From a virus, in IMG/VR virus record IMGVR_UViG_3300022871_000073: a DNA stretch of 31,509 nucleotides. One strand, written 5' to 3'. Positions 16,660 to 25,051 of the stretch are shown piece by piece. Every line of letters begins with the position of its first letter. The first letter of the stretch is position 1. The notes under the pieces are model-generated. The model saw nothing but the letters and a program-made list of their open reading frames with translations. It was not told where the DNA came from and did not search any database. The position numbers were made by a program, and so were the translations under genes.

Positions 16660-17271
16660 CTATTTTATACTTAGTAAATGTTGAAGATTATTTTCTTCCA
16701 ACATTTGCATGAGATTGATCGGTTTAAAATCGTGTTGATCAACGCATACATTGAAATGATTGGTCCATTCCACTGGATTTGGGTTATGCCGATGTCCATG
16801 TAAAATTAATTTTGAACCATGTTCCTTAACTCGTTTCGCGCATGCTTGAACACCTGGATGTGGGTATTTTGGATCCTCGATCGCGTAATAATGATTGAAC
16901 ATTATTTGACCTCTTGTCATGTAATCACCGACAAATAAAAAACCAAGATTTTGATAATGAATGTTTCCACGCTTATCGTGGTTTCCTCTTATGAGATATT
17001 TTTTCCCGTTGAGTCTATCAAATATATTTTTCCTTTGTTCAAAATTTCCTCGTTTATTGAAGAAAAAATCTCCTAGATGAATTACAACGTCGTCGTCGGA
17101 TAAAACTATCTCATTCCATGTGTTTATCATTGATTCGTTCATTTCATGAGTGTTTTCAAATGGTCTATCCTGAAATTTTATGATGTTTTGATGCCAGAAA
17201 TGATGATCAGATGTTACGTAAACATTCATTAAACTCTTGTTATTTTGTCGAACGTGTGACACTTTGGACAC
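16660..17271 (-). CDS. calcineurin-like metallophosphoesterase
   Basis: Motifs DHHFWH, HLGDFFFN, GNHDKR, HGHRH. Confidence 0.75.
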   Translation of the reverse strand: MSKVSHVRQNNKSLMNVYVTSDHHFWHQNIIKFQDRPFENTHEMNESMINTWNEIVLSDDDVVIHLGDFFFNKRGNFEQRKNIFDRLNGKKYLIRGNHDKRGNIHYQNLGFLFVGDYMTRGQIMFNHYYAIEDPKYPHPGVQACAKRVKEHGSKLILHGHRHNPNPVEWTNHFNVCVDQHDFKPINLMQMLEENNLQHLLSIK

Positions 17272-17411
17272 ATCACCAAAATCTTTTGTCCGTTTTCATT
17301 GTACGTGAGTGTTCCTGCACCATCAGTATTAACCGAGGTTCCAACCTTTACTCGTTGTGTAAAAGTTTGCATGCAATTATTACATTTTAAGTTAAGTGTG
17401 TAATTATTCAT
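17229..17411 (-). CDS. small zinc-ribbon protein (60 aa)
   Basis: CNNC...CPKC pairs. Confidence 0.45.
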   Translation of the reverse strand: MNNYTLNLKCNNCMQTFTQRVKVGTSVNTDGAGTLTYNENGQKILVMCPKCHTFDKITRV

Positions 17412-17736
17412 TTTTCATTTTTATTTTTTCTGATAGAAACACATTATCTCTACTATGTTCCTTTGACCAAACATTTTCCGCTTCGCATTGAATAATGTGT
17501 TTAGTTTTTAAGTTTTTGAATTTTCCAAGATACTTTACGCAATCTTCATAACTTTCAAGTATGTGAAATCCTGACATGTATTCTGTTCCTTTGCTTCCAT
17601 CATGCACAGGTTTAACATCCGCGGTAAACCATTCATTTTCTGGAATTTTGCGTGATTTGTTGACACCATGAAAAAGCAAAAAATAATCATCTTCTACTTT
17701 TTCAACAATCTTATACCAGTATTTTTTATTGTCCAT
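17404..17736 (-). CDS. hypothetical protein (110 aa)
   Basis: ORF track. Confidence 0.5.
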   Translation of the reverse strand: MDNKKYWYKIVEKVEDDYFLLFHGVNKSRKIPENEWFTADVKPVHDGSKGTEYMSGFHILESYEDCVKYLGKFKNLKTKHIIQCEAENVWSKEHSRDNVFLSEKIKMKNE

Positions 17737-18064
17737 GATATGTTGTATTTGCGAAAATTGATAATTTATCCCTTAAATTTTCCAAAGATTTACTTTTCTG
17801 TTCTTTCCATTTTTTTTGTAAAACTTGATAAATTTCTTCACATAATTTATCACTACAATCCATTTTAACATTATTTATGAAAACTTCAGTTACGGAGATA
17901 CCCGGTTTATTTTCATGAACTTCTAGATAAAACCCTCAATTGTATTTTGTATTTTTTTTTCTACGTGCAATTGAAAAATTCCATGGTTCTTCTTTGGTAT
18001 TTTTTTGACTGTGAGAGTTGGTCCCTTGATGTGATTCAAAAGTCCTGTTAAATTTTTTTCGTCT

Positions 18065-18328
18065 TTATTTTCTAAGGAGTTTTTCATATAGATCTTTTAT
18101 TTTTTGATCGTTGTCAAATTTCCAATCACCAAAGTAAAATTTTCCATCTTTTGGCATTTCCCATACGTTATAAACTTCGTTCATTTTAAATGGAAGTTGA
18201 TTCATTCGATTTGAACTCATCATAGTTCTTTCTCTGCAACGAAATTTTCTGTTTGCTATTCTTTTACCAATTTTGTCGGAATCTCCTGCAATTCCACTGA
18301 TCGGTATTTTCTTTCTTGATCTGCTCAT
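18065..18328 (-). CDS. hypothetical protein (87 aa)
   Basis: ORF track. Confidence 0.45.
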   Translation of the reverse strand: MSRSRKKIPISGIAGDSDKIGKRIANRKFRCRERTMMSSNRMNQLPFKMNEVYNVWEMPKDGKFYFGDWKFDNDQKIKDLYEKLLRK

Positions 18329-18373
18329 TTTTGCGATTATTTTAGTTATTGTAACTAGAACATCGCTGATTTT

Positions 18374-18718
18374 TTACTTGTTTTCATTTTCAATTTTTTT
18401 GTAATCATTGGTTCCAAAAATTAACAAGTTAAAATCATCTTCCGATAATCCTTTGTTAAATTCTTGGGTTGAATTGATGACTGATAATTTATCATCAATT
18501 AATTTTATTGTTAATGTTAAAGGATCCTGCCAGTCACCTCCACAACAAACGACCAACGTATCATCCGATACTTCCAACCATTCAAAGTTTTCAAAATCAA
18601 CTGTTTCTCCATCAATTTCAGGCAAATTCTCAAATTCTAAGTAATACGGTAAACCATAAAAATTTTCATCCTCATCCTGGTACACTTGTTTTGCTATTTT
18701 TGCTAAATATTTTTTCAT
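18374..18718 (-). CDS. hypothetical acidic protein (114 aa)
   Basis: ORF track. Confidence 0.5.
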   Translation of the reverse strand: MKKYLAKIAKQVYQDEDENFYGLPYYLEFENLPEIDGETVDFENFEWLEVSDDTLVVCCGGDWQDPLTLTIKLIDDKLSVINSTQEFNKGLSEDDFNLLIFGTNDYKKIENENK

Positions 18719-18732
18719 TTCCTGTAAACATA

Positions 18733-18918
18733 TTAATAAGTTTTAAGTACTGCTATAACTTCTTTCCATTGTTTACTACCTATATTCATTGCTTCATCAG
18801 TTTGTCCTTTATTTGCAAAATCTAAACAGAATTTAGCTAATTCAATAGCTGCTATCAAGTTATCTTTTTTGGATAATTTTCCATTATAAGGATTGTGATC
18901 AGTTGAATCTAACATCAA
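18733..18918 (-). CDS. hypothetical protein (61 aa)
   Basis: ORF track. Confidence 0.4.
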   Translation of the reverse strand: MMLDSTDHNPYNGKLSKKDNLIAAIELAKFCLDFANKGQTDEAMNIGSKQWKEVIAVLKTY

Positions 18919-18947
18919 TTTTGCTATTTTTGTTATTTCTTTTTCTA

Positions 18948-19373
18948 TTATTTTTTGATTATATCGTGTCCCATCTTAACAACTCCACTTATAAGTATTG
19001 GTTCATGAACTTTAACCCAATTTTTGATGTTATTACTTTCGGCTCCACCCTTACCGGTTTTACGATCGAACGCAAGAGTAACATGTGGTATTTTATTTTT
19101 TGATTTGATACCGTTGGTTAAAAATTTTACTTTTGCAGCAATGGCATCATCGTTAAATCCGAATTCCTTAACTTCCATTTTTACTGTTTTCCCAACATAC
19201 GTTAATTGCTCATTGCTTGGGATGCCAAAAACTAAAGTAACATGCTCACCACGGATCACCCAATCATCGTATTGGGTTTTATTTGCATAAAACTCATCAA
19301 GTAAATCCAATAATTTTATTTGACTTACATCATCAAGTATTATTGCAATTAATGTATTGGATATTTTTTTCAT
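18948..19373 (-). CDS. 2H phosphoesterase superfamily protein (LigT / Acb1-like), about 141 aa
   Basis: Two H-x-T-x motifs (GEHVTLVFG and IPHVTLAFD). Likely start at MKKISNTL, coupled to the upstream stop via TAATG. Confidence 0.6.
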   Translation of the reverse strand: MKKISNTLIAIILDDVSQIKLLDLLDEFYANKTQYDDWVIRGEHVTLVFGIPSNEQLTYVGKTVKMEVKEFGFNDDAIAAKVKFLTNGIKSKNKIPHVTLAFDRKTGKGGAESNNIKNWVKVHEPILISGVVKMGHDIIKK

Positions 19374-19564
19374 TAGTTTAAGTAAATATTTTCTTCCTTT
19401 GCTTTGAAATCCAAAGAAACTCCGTAACTGAACCAAAAGTTCCAAAGTTGATTGAAATTTAAATCGTTCGCAGCTTTTAATTGTTCAATTATTAAATCAG
19501 CAATAATTTGATAAACTTTTGTTTTTGCTTTTTTTACAATCTGATCGGTTTCTTTTAAATTCAT
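19373..19564 (-). CDS. hypothetical protein (63 aa)
   Basis: ORF track; promoter motif about 100 nt upstream. Confidence 0.45.
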   Translation of the reverse strand: MNLKETDQIVKKAKTKVYQIIADLIIEQLKAANDLNFNQLWNFWFSYGVSLDFKAKEENIYLN

Positions 19565-19663
19565 TTTTGCTTGTTTATATGGTTAATTTAAAGTTATTGA
19601 GAAGCTTTAGAATGACTTCTCGTGAATTTTTTAGTATTTTTATATATAACCTTTATACTTAAT

Positions 19664-19693
19664 ATTTTATATACAAAAATAATGAAAAGTTCA
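19664..19693 (-). promoter_or_regulatory. phage promoter-like motif (TGAACTTTTC-N9-GTATATAAAAT)
   Basis: Overlaps the 3' end of gene 19696-20793. Confidence 0.45.
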
Positions 19694-19695
19694 CT

Positions 19696-20793
19696 TTATT
19701 TCGGTTGTGCTATAATTTTACGAACATCTTTGGTTGTCTGTATTCGTTTTTCTTCATTATACATTGATGTTTTTATGTAATCTTCAACAATATCAATTTT
19801 TTCAATAATTTCACCATCAATTATCTTGAGATTGTGATCAATTTCATCGAGCTTTTCCAGGCGATCGATCGCAGTTTTTCGTTCAATTCGCTCCCGATGT
19901 ATGGTTTCCTCTATTTTACGTAATTGTTCCAACATTGTCTGTATTTTCTTGTGTTTTTTGTTGGAAATCGTATCAAGTTTTTTTATTAACCGTAAAGTTT
20001 GACTTCTTTTTTGTTTAAGTTCTTTTACATCTTCACGTAATAAAGCTATTTCCTTTCGATGTTCATTTCGAATTCCTGCCTCATCCTTTTTAATATCTTC
20101 AATTTTTTCTGTTCTCATTATGTATTTTGCAGTTTTTTTCATTTGTTTGACCCATTTTTCCCAACCAACATGCTCAATTAAAACAGGTTCTTTGGTTCCT
20201 TCGGTCAAAAATGTTCGTAGTGTAACTGATTTATCAGCAACATTTGGATCACCCTTTAGTATTTCCCTGTAAATTATATCTCCACTTAGGTAAAATGCAT
20301 CAATTGTCATTCCATCATTTTTACGTCGTAGTACCACAAATGTTGGACGATTTTTGGATTTTTTAATACTATCATTTGTTACAACAAATCCGATTGATAA
20401 TGCGGAATCCATGAGATTCCTCTTACCTGTTGAAGTTTCATAGTAGAGTTTATCATTTTCACCTATGACAATTTTACTTTCATCAATTTCAATTGTTTTT
20501 AACTCCGTATCAACGTATTTACCATCTTTTATCATTACCGCATCTGCACCATTTTGCGCATAAAATGCAAGTTGACCAAGTGGAATTGAAGCACGTATAT
20601 CGTTGATTGATTTGGATAAAGTGTCACTATGAACATTTGAAGCTTTTCCATCCTTGAGATCAAAGAATTTGTAATCGTAAAACGGAAAACTGTTTACTTG
20701 AAAAAGTTTAAAATTTTTCTTGACTCTCTCGTTAAATTCTTCATGCGTTGGTGTAATGAATTCCGTACCCAAATAATCTATAAAATATTCCAT
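19696..20793 (-). CDS. hypothetical protein with C-terminal coiled coil (365 aa)
   Basis: ORF track; promoter motif immediately upstream. Confidence 0.6.
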   Translation of the reverse strand: MEYFIDYLGTEFITPTHEEFNERVKKNFKLFQVNSFPFYDYKFFDLKDGKASNVHSDTLSKSINDIRASIPLGQLAFYAQNGADAVMIKDGKYVDTELKTIEIDESKIVIGENDKLYYETSTGKRNLMDSALSIGFVVTNDSIKKSKNRPTFVVLRRKNDGMTIDAFYLSGDIIYREILKGDPNVADKSVTLRTFLTEGTKEPVLIEHVGWEKWVKQMKKTAKYIMRTEKIEDIKKDEAGIRNEHRKEIALLREDVKELKQKRSQTLRLIKKLDTISNKKHKKIQTMLEQLRKIEETIHRERIERKTAIDRLEKLDEIDHNLKIIDGEIIEKIDIVEDYIKTSMYNEEKRIQTTKDVRKIIAQPK

Positions 20794-20796
20794 TAA

Positions 20797-20826
20797 ATTT
20801 ATAATAAAGAAAGTTGAAAAAGTTTA
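20797..20826 (-). promoter_or_regulatory. phage promoter-like motif (TAAACTTTTT-N10-TATTATAAAT), ATG 3 nt downstream
   Basis: Motif match. Confidence 0.45.
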
Positions 20827-20830
20827 TTAT

Positions 20831-21100
20831 TTAATGGATATTTTTTAATTTTTTCCATGAATATGCAATTCCTATACTATTTGGGTAACTTCCATCTGTA
20901 TAAATAGAATAATTTGGAAACTTAACAAAAATTTCCATTTCTTTTTTAACAGCAAACTTTTTCGCAATACGTTTTGCTTTTTCCTCTGATTTAGCAAAAA
21001 ATGTTTTTGAAGATTCTTGTATATCACCAAGCACAGTTGTTCCCCATGCTTTAACATAATAATTTGGATCTGGTTTTAGTTTTCTTTTAAACATCATCAA
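20831..21100 (-). CDS. hypothetical protein (89 aa)
   Basis: ORF track. Confidence 0.45.
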   Translation of the reverse strand: MMMFKRKLKPDPNYYVKAWGTTVLGDIQESSKTFFAKSEEKAKRIAKKFAVKKEMEIFVKFPNYSIYTDGSYPNSIGIAYSWKKLKNIH

Positions 21101-21290
21101 AAATTTTAAATTCTATTTTCCAAAAAGCTTCATTGTATTTTGCTTCGTAAAAAAGTAAATCGTATTTCATGAATTCTTCTGAACCTTTTGTTGTTTGTTT
21201 TCTTTTCTCCGCGTAAATATTGATTTTTTTACGCCAATGGGTTAAAGGATCACAGTATTCACCATCATCCCATATATTTTTATTTTTCAT
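21087..21290 (-). CDS. hypothetical protein (67 aa)
   Basis: ORF track. Confidence 0.4.
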   Translation of the reverse strand: MKNKNIWDDGEYCDPLTHWRKKINIYAEKRKQTTKGSEEFMKYDLLFYEAKYNEAFWKIEFKIFDDV

Positions 21291-21299
21291 TAATATGAA

Positions 21300-21527
21300 T
21301 TAAATTTCATTTTCGAAAACATTTGCAGAATTTAATTCAGTTCGCCATAATTTTATGAAAGTTTCTCGTGTGCAATTATTTTCACTTAAATAACAATACA
21401 AATCGGTATCCAAGTAAACTTTAAATTCTCTTGTTGAATTATTCAAGTAATCAACCTGTTTAATGAGATCAAATCTCAAAGATTGAATCCCATCATCGTA
21501 TATTCCATTTTCTACTGTGTAGTTCAT
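21300..21527 (-). CDS. hypothetical protein (75 aa)
   Basis: ORF track. Confidence 0.4.
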   Translation of the reverse strand: MNYTVENGIYDDGIQSLRFDLIKQVDYLNNSTREFKVYLDTDLYCYLSENNCTRETFIKLWRTELNSANVFENEI

Positions 21528-21856
21528 AATTTTTGTTGTTCACTGTAATTTAAAAGATCTTCAATGTTATAAAAAACCGGAATTCCTGACATGTTAGCAA
21601 TTTTTTCTTCCATTTCTGCTCCGGAACTTTCGCCGGGTAATCTTAACATGATATCACTTTGTTTCAACCATTCCAGATCAATATCAAGCCACACATCGTA
21701 ATCTCGAATTTGATGTATTTCCAGGTAATGGTACAAAAGTGGCACGAACGGTGCGAAACCAAGATCAATGAGTTTGTTGGAAATCTTAAAATGATCATTC
21801 AAGTTTTTAACCATGTCACCTTTGGTGTACGGCGATGATACAAAAACTTTTATCAT
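21524..21856 (-). CDS. DUF4406 / nucleoside 2-deoxyribosyltransferase-like protein
   Basis: N-terminal VFVSSPY and C-terminal LPGESSGAEMEEKIANMSGIPVF resemble the NDT-like fold. Confidence 0.45.
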   Translation of the reverse strand: MIKVFVSSPYTKGDMVKNLNDHFKISNKLIDLGFAPFVPLLYHYLEIHQIRDYDVWLDIDLEWLKQSDIMLRLPGESSGAEMEEKIANMSGIPVFYNIEDLLNYSEQQKL

Positions 21857-22125
21857 GATGTTTCGTTTTTATTCTCCGTATTGTTAACTGTGATAAAATT
21901 TGGTATCAATTTTTGAATTAATCCACCGATTACTGTTACGAATAAAATTAACGAAAAAGCAGTCCAGTATGTTATTTCAAATATTGGTAGATTACAACCA
22001 AGTTCAATAACTTGCGGTGCTAGATAGTTAAAAGTTAACATTAATATAAAAGCTTCCACGAATGAAACTCCTATTACTATAAGCCATTTCCAAAAATTGG
22101 CTAAAAATCCTACTATTGTAAACAT
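21853..22125 (-). CDS. small membrane protein (2 TM)
   Basis: Two hydrophobic helices. Confidence 0.5.
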   Translation of the reverse strand: MFTIVGFLANFWKWLIVIGVSFVEAFILMLTFNYLAPQVIELGCNLPIFEITYWTAFSLILFVTVIGGLIQKLIPNFITVNNTENKNETS

Positions 22126-22129
22126 AATT

Positions 22130-22666
22130 TTATTTTTTTAAGATGTTTTTGATTTTTTCCGAAGTTTTTCTTCGTCGTTTGTTTAAATTTATTTGTTTTT
22201 TATTGTACTGTAATTTTTTAAGTTTAGTTTTTGAAATTTCCTGAGTTGTATCGGATTCCACATGGTAAATTGCGTATCGTTTATCAAATATCGAAAAACA
22301 ATCATCTCTAATTCCAAACTTAACATTTGAGCTTTCAAGATCCTCCAAAATTTCATCAAAATCCGTAAATACTTGTTTTTTATTGTATAAATGAAATCCT
22401 AGAAAAATAACAGGTTTTAAAATTTCATGTTTTTTAACTTGTCGTAAAAAGGAAGTTGAAACTTCACAAACAACGTAAGTATTTTTTTCATTTACTGTCA
22501 TTTTGAAAAATACTTGTGAAACTTTTACATTATATATGTTAAAGTTATCAAATTTATCAATTTCCTTAAATTTTGATGAATCCAAATTTCGTATGAAACT
22601 CGAATCACCGAAAACAATACCTTTTATTTTCAATGATTCCAACACAATGTTAAACAGATCTTTCAT
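22130..22666 (-). CDS. hypothetical protein (178 aa)
   Basis: ORF track. Confidence 0.55.
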   Translation of the reverse strand: MKDLFNIVLESLKIKGIVFGDSSFIRNLDSSKFKEIDKFDNFNIYNVKVSQVFFKMTVNEKNTYVVCEVSTSFLRQVKKHEILKPVIFLGFHLYNKKQVFTDFDEILEDLESSNVKFGIRDDCFSIFDKRYAIYHVESDTTQEISKTKLKKLQYNKKQINLNKRRRKTSEKIKNILKK

Positions 22667-22682
22667 ATTACAAAATTAATTG

Positions 22683-22755
<73 letters not shown>

Positions 22756-22757
22756 AT

Positions 22758-22789
22758 ATATTTTATATACATTAAGTCTAAAAAGTTTA
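22758..22789 (-). promoter_or_regulatory. phage promoter-like motif (TAAACTTTTT-N9-GTATATAAAAT) abutting tRNA-fMet
   Basis: Motif match; no leader ORF or terminator follows. Confidence 0.5.
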
Positions 22790-22936
22790 AATTTTATTTA
22801 TTTCAGTTGCCATGCAAATTTCACCTTGTTCCTGTATAAGACGTTCCATATCATCGAAAGAAATGTAAGCAAATCCTCGTTTGGCCCAAGTTCTTATATA
22901 TCATTTTTCATAAAAATACTTGATATATAAATCATC

Positions 22937-23308
22937 ATGAAAACAATCAAAAAAATACTAAAATTTTTAGCAAGTTGGAGTGAATTGGTTACCATACCAA
23001 TTGCACTGATCCTATGGTACTTTAGCGGCACATTTTTACGGTGGTTGGATCCAACATCAGCCACGTATGATGCGGGTATTTTTCAAATCATATTATTTGC
23101 GATCATTCAATTTTTTATATTATCCGGAGTTATTTGGATTTACATGAAAATAACATTTCCAGAAGTATACAAATATCTAGATGATGCTCTAGGTGATAAT
23201 TTAAGGGTAAAAAATAATAAAATGACACAATGGGAAAAATCAAAAGTTGTATTATGGTTATTTTCCTTGTTTTTTCTATTAATTGTTCTTTTGGCCAGAG
23301 TAATTTAG
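22937..23308 (+). CDS. membrane protein with 3 TM segments (holin-like)
   Basis: Three hydrophobic helices; overlaps the downstream hydrolase gene. Confidence 0.45.
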   Translation: MKTIKKILKFLASWSELVTIPIALILWYFSGTFLRWLDPTSATYDAGIFQIILFAIIQFFILSGVIWIYMKITFPEVYKYLDDALGDNLRVKNNKMTQWEKSKVVLWLFSLFFLLIVLLARVI

Positions 23309-23955
23309 AACATGTAGTTAAATCAGGAGAAAGTCTTTCTAGAATATCCATGAAATACGATGTTTCTGTAAATGATTTAAAGGAATTTAACGGATTAACA
23401 TCCGATGTTATATTCATCAATCAGATAATTAACATACCGAAGTCTTACTCACCACCCGATCACGGAAACATGGAAACTTTGGACATATTCAATAGAATAT
23501 GTGTAAAGAGTGTTTATTACGATCAAATTGGAATAAGAGAATTAACAGGAAACAATGATGGATACCACGTTGAAATGTACCTGGAAGCTTCAGGTTTGGG
23601 TAAAGGTTATCCTTGGTGCGCTGCTTTTGTAAATTGGACGTTTCTTCAATGCGGAGACACTTTGAACCTGAAATATCCTGCTTGGGTACCATCTTATTTT
23701 CCTGATGAAAAACTCATTAAAGTAAGAGGTAAATTTCAACTAAGAAACCCAATATTCGGTGATCTCATCGGTATATGGTTTCCTAATAAGAATAGACTTG
23801 CGCACATTGGTTGGTACGATGGTGAAAATAGTAAATATTATTTTACGGTTGAAGGAAACACCAACGAAGCTGGTTCAAGAGAAGGTGATGGTGTTTATAG
23901 AAAAAGAAGAATAAAAAGACAAGTTCATTCAATAAGTTCCTGGATTGAACACTAG
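23230..23955 (+). CDS. secreted LysM-CHAP peptidoglycan hydrolase (endolysin-like)
   Basis: Signal peptide ...FSINCSFGQS; LysM module VVKSGESLSRISMKYDVSVNDLKEFNG; CHAP Cys (GYPWCAAFVNW), His (AHIGWY) and EGNT. Confidence 0.65.
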   Translation: MGKIKSCIMVIFLVFSINCSFGQSNLEHVVKSGESLSRISMKYDVSVNDLKEFNGLTSDVIFINQIINIPKSYSPPDHGNMETLDIFNRICVKSVYYDQIGIRELTGNNDGYHVEMYLEASGLGKGYPWCAAFVNWTFLQCGDTLNLKYPAWVPSYFPDEKLIKVRGKFQLRNPIFGDLIGIWFPNKNRLAHIGWYDGENSKYYFTVEGNTNEAGSREGDGVYRKRRIKRQVHSISSWIEH

Positions 23956-23966
23956 TTTAAAGTTGT

Positions 23967-24037
23967 TGGGCCACAGGGACTCGAACCCTGGCTACAACCA
24001 TGTAAAAGTTGGGTGCTCCCATTACACCATAGCCCAG
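23967..24037 (-). tRNA. tRNA-Val(UAC)?
   Basis: T-arm CAGGG-TTCGAGT-CCCTG; acceptor TGGGCTA/TGGCCCA; anticodon arm CAACT-TTTACAT-GGTTG. Confidence 0.45.
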
Positions 24038-24044
24038 TATAAGT

Positions 24045-24116
24045 AACGCTATCTGGTTTCGAACCAGAACCTTTGCTTCATGAGGGCAACGGATTAACCT
24101 ATTTTCCCATAGCGCT
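24045..24116 (-). tRNA. tRNA with CAU-type anticodon loop (Met or Ile2), irregular anticodon stem
   Basis: T-arm TCTGG-TTCGAAA-CCAGA; acceptor AGCGCTA/TAGCGTT; loop region CCTCATGAA. Confidence 0.4.
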
Positions 24117-24226
24117 GTAAAGGAACTTCCTCATAGTTAAATAGTCGAGGAGTCGAACCCCAATACCATCTATTTGCTTGAATATGATATCTCGAGATAT
24201 TCTAGCCTGTGTATCGATTGTTCCAG

Positions 24227-24301
24227 TGGTCCCGGGTGAACTCGAATCACCGACCTTTGCGTTATGAGCGCACTGCTACTACCGAACTGAGCTACAGGAC
24301 C
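24227..24301 (-). tRNA. tRNA-Met/Ile2(CAU)
   Basis: GGTCCTGTAGCTCAGTTCGGTAGAGC... ; anticodon loop CTCATAA; T-arm GGTGA-TTCGAGT-TCACC. Confidence 0.55.
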
Positions 24302-24308
24302 ATTATTG

Positions 24309-24379
24309 TGAGAATGGAGAGATTCGAACTCCCGCCGTGGGGGTTTCAACCCCATACTCTACCTCTGAGTTACATTCTC
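24309..24379 (-). tRNA. tRNA-Phe(GAA)
   Basis: Acceptor GAGAATG/CATTCTC; anticodon arm TGGGG-TTGAAAC-CCCCA. Confidence 0.6.
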
Positions 24380-24385
24380 AAATTG

Positions 24386-24458
24386 TGGTGAAAGTGTGAG
24401 TTGAACACACATCGTCGGATTTTCAGTCCGCCACATAGACCTCCTTTGTTATTTCACC
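24386..24458 (-). tRNA. tRNA-Phe(GAA)-like second copy
   Basis: T-arm GTGTG-TTCAACT-CACAC; acceptor GGTGAAA/TTTCACC; anticodon loop CTGAAAA. Confidence 0.45.
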
Positions 24459-24467
24459 ATTTAAAAG

Positions 24468-24540
24468 TACCCCAGGCGAGAGTCGAACTCGCATCATCTG
24501 ATTTAGAAGATCAGTGTATTTCCAATTATACTACCGAGGC
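24468..24540 (-). tRNA. tRNA-Arg(UCU)
   Basis: T-arm GCGAG-TTCGACT-CTCGC; anticodon arm CTGAT-CTTCTAA-ATCAG. Confidence 0.55.
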
Positions 24541-24607
24541 ATTGTACAGGTTGATATTATTTACATTAAAAGTGTAGTTGTTTTGTTTGCTGTAATCAAC
24601 CTTTTTG

Positions 24608-24695
24608 AGGCAGGAGAGGGAGTCGAACCCCCGGAACCCTCCGAAGAGGCCTCTTGGTTATGAGCCAAGCGAGCTGGCCACTGCTCTACCCTGCA
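24608..24695 (-). tRNA. class II (long V-arm) tRNA with CAU anticodon
   Basis: D-arm GAGC-AGTGGCCA-GCTC; anticodon arm CTTGG-CTCATAA-CCAAG; V-arm CCTC-TTCG-GAGG; T-arm GGGGG-TTCGACT-CCCTC. Confidence 0.45.
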
Positions 24696-24698
24696 ATG

Positions 24699-24770
24699 TA
24701 GACTGACTGGGACTCGAACCCAGGACCGGCTCCGCATCAGGAAGTTGCACTACCACCGTGCTATCAGTCT
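24699..24770 (-). tRNA. tRNA-Ile(GAU)
   Basis: D-arm GCAC-GGTGGTA-GTGC; anticodon loop CTGATGC; T-arm CTGGG-TTCGAGT-CCCAG. Confidence 0.5.
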
Positions 24771-24807
24771 ATTTAAAATTTTTCAATATGTCAATGAACT
24801 TGTATTG

Positions 24808-24881
24808 TGAGTCTGGTGGAAATCGAATCCACGACTCCCGATTTAAAAGACCGGTGCTCTAACCAACTGAGCTACAGACCC
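24808..24881 (-). tRNA. tRNA-Lys(UUU)
   Basis: GGGTCTGTAGCTCAGTTGGTTAGAGCA; anticodon arm CCGGT-CTTTTAA-ATCGG; T-arm GTGGA-TTCGATT-TCCAC. Confidence 0.6.
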
Positions 24882-24887
24882 ATATCA

Positions 24888-24943
24888 TAGGCCGGTGGAA
24901 TTCAGATCCACAACTGCTCTAAACCAACTGAGCTACAGGCCTA
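24888..24943 (-). pseudogene. truncated tRNA-Lys paralogue lacking the anticodon arm (56 nt)
   Basis: Acceptor, D-arm (GCTC...GAGC) and T-arm (GTGGA-TCTGAAT-TCCAC) are present and similar to the upstream tRNA-Lys. About 17 nt of anticodon arm are absent. Confidence 0.35.
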
Positions 24944-24986
24944 TAATATGACCTCATAACTACAATTAGTTATGTAGGTCGTTACT

Positions 24987-25021
24987 GTTTATATGTTTGT
25001 TTATATGTTTGTTTATATGTC
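24987..25021. repeat. 12-nt tandem repeat (GTTTATATGTTT x about 2.9)
   Basis: Direct tandem copies between the attenuator hairpin and tRNA array 4. Confidence 0.6.
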
Positions 25022-25051
25022 ATTATTTTTATTATTTTGTGTCTTAAAAAC

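Noticed and set aside
19597-19619. Hairpin GAGAAG-N11-CTTCTC downstream of promoter 19664-19693 as another attenuator
   Set aside because: No U-run follows and no leader ORF with matching complementarity. Probably an ordinary 5'-UTR structure.
20872-21057. ORF 20872-21057 and ORF 29642-29863
   Set aside because: Nested in alternative frames of 20831-21100 and 28972-29739/29751-30329 respectively. The longer frames carry the recognisable features.
24987-25021. Possible CRISPR array
   Set aside because: Only about 3 copies of a 12-nt AT-rich unit with no spacers. This is a simple tandem repeat.
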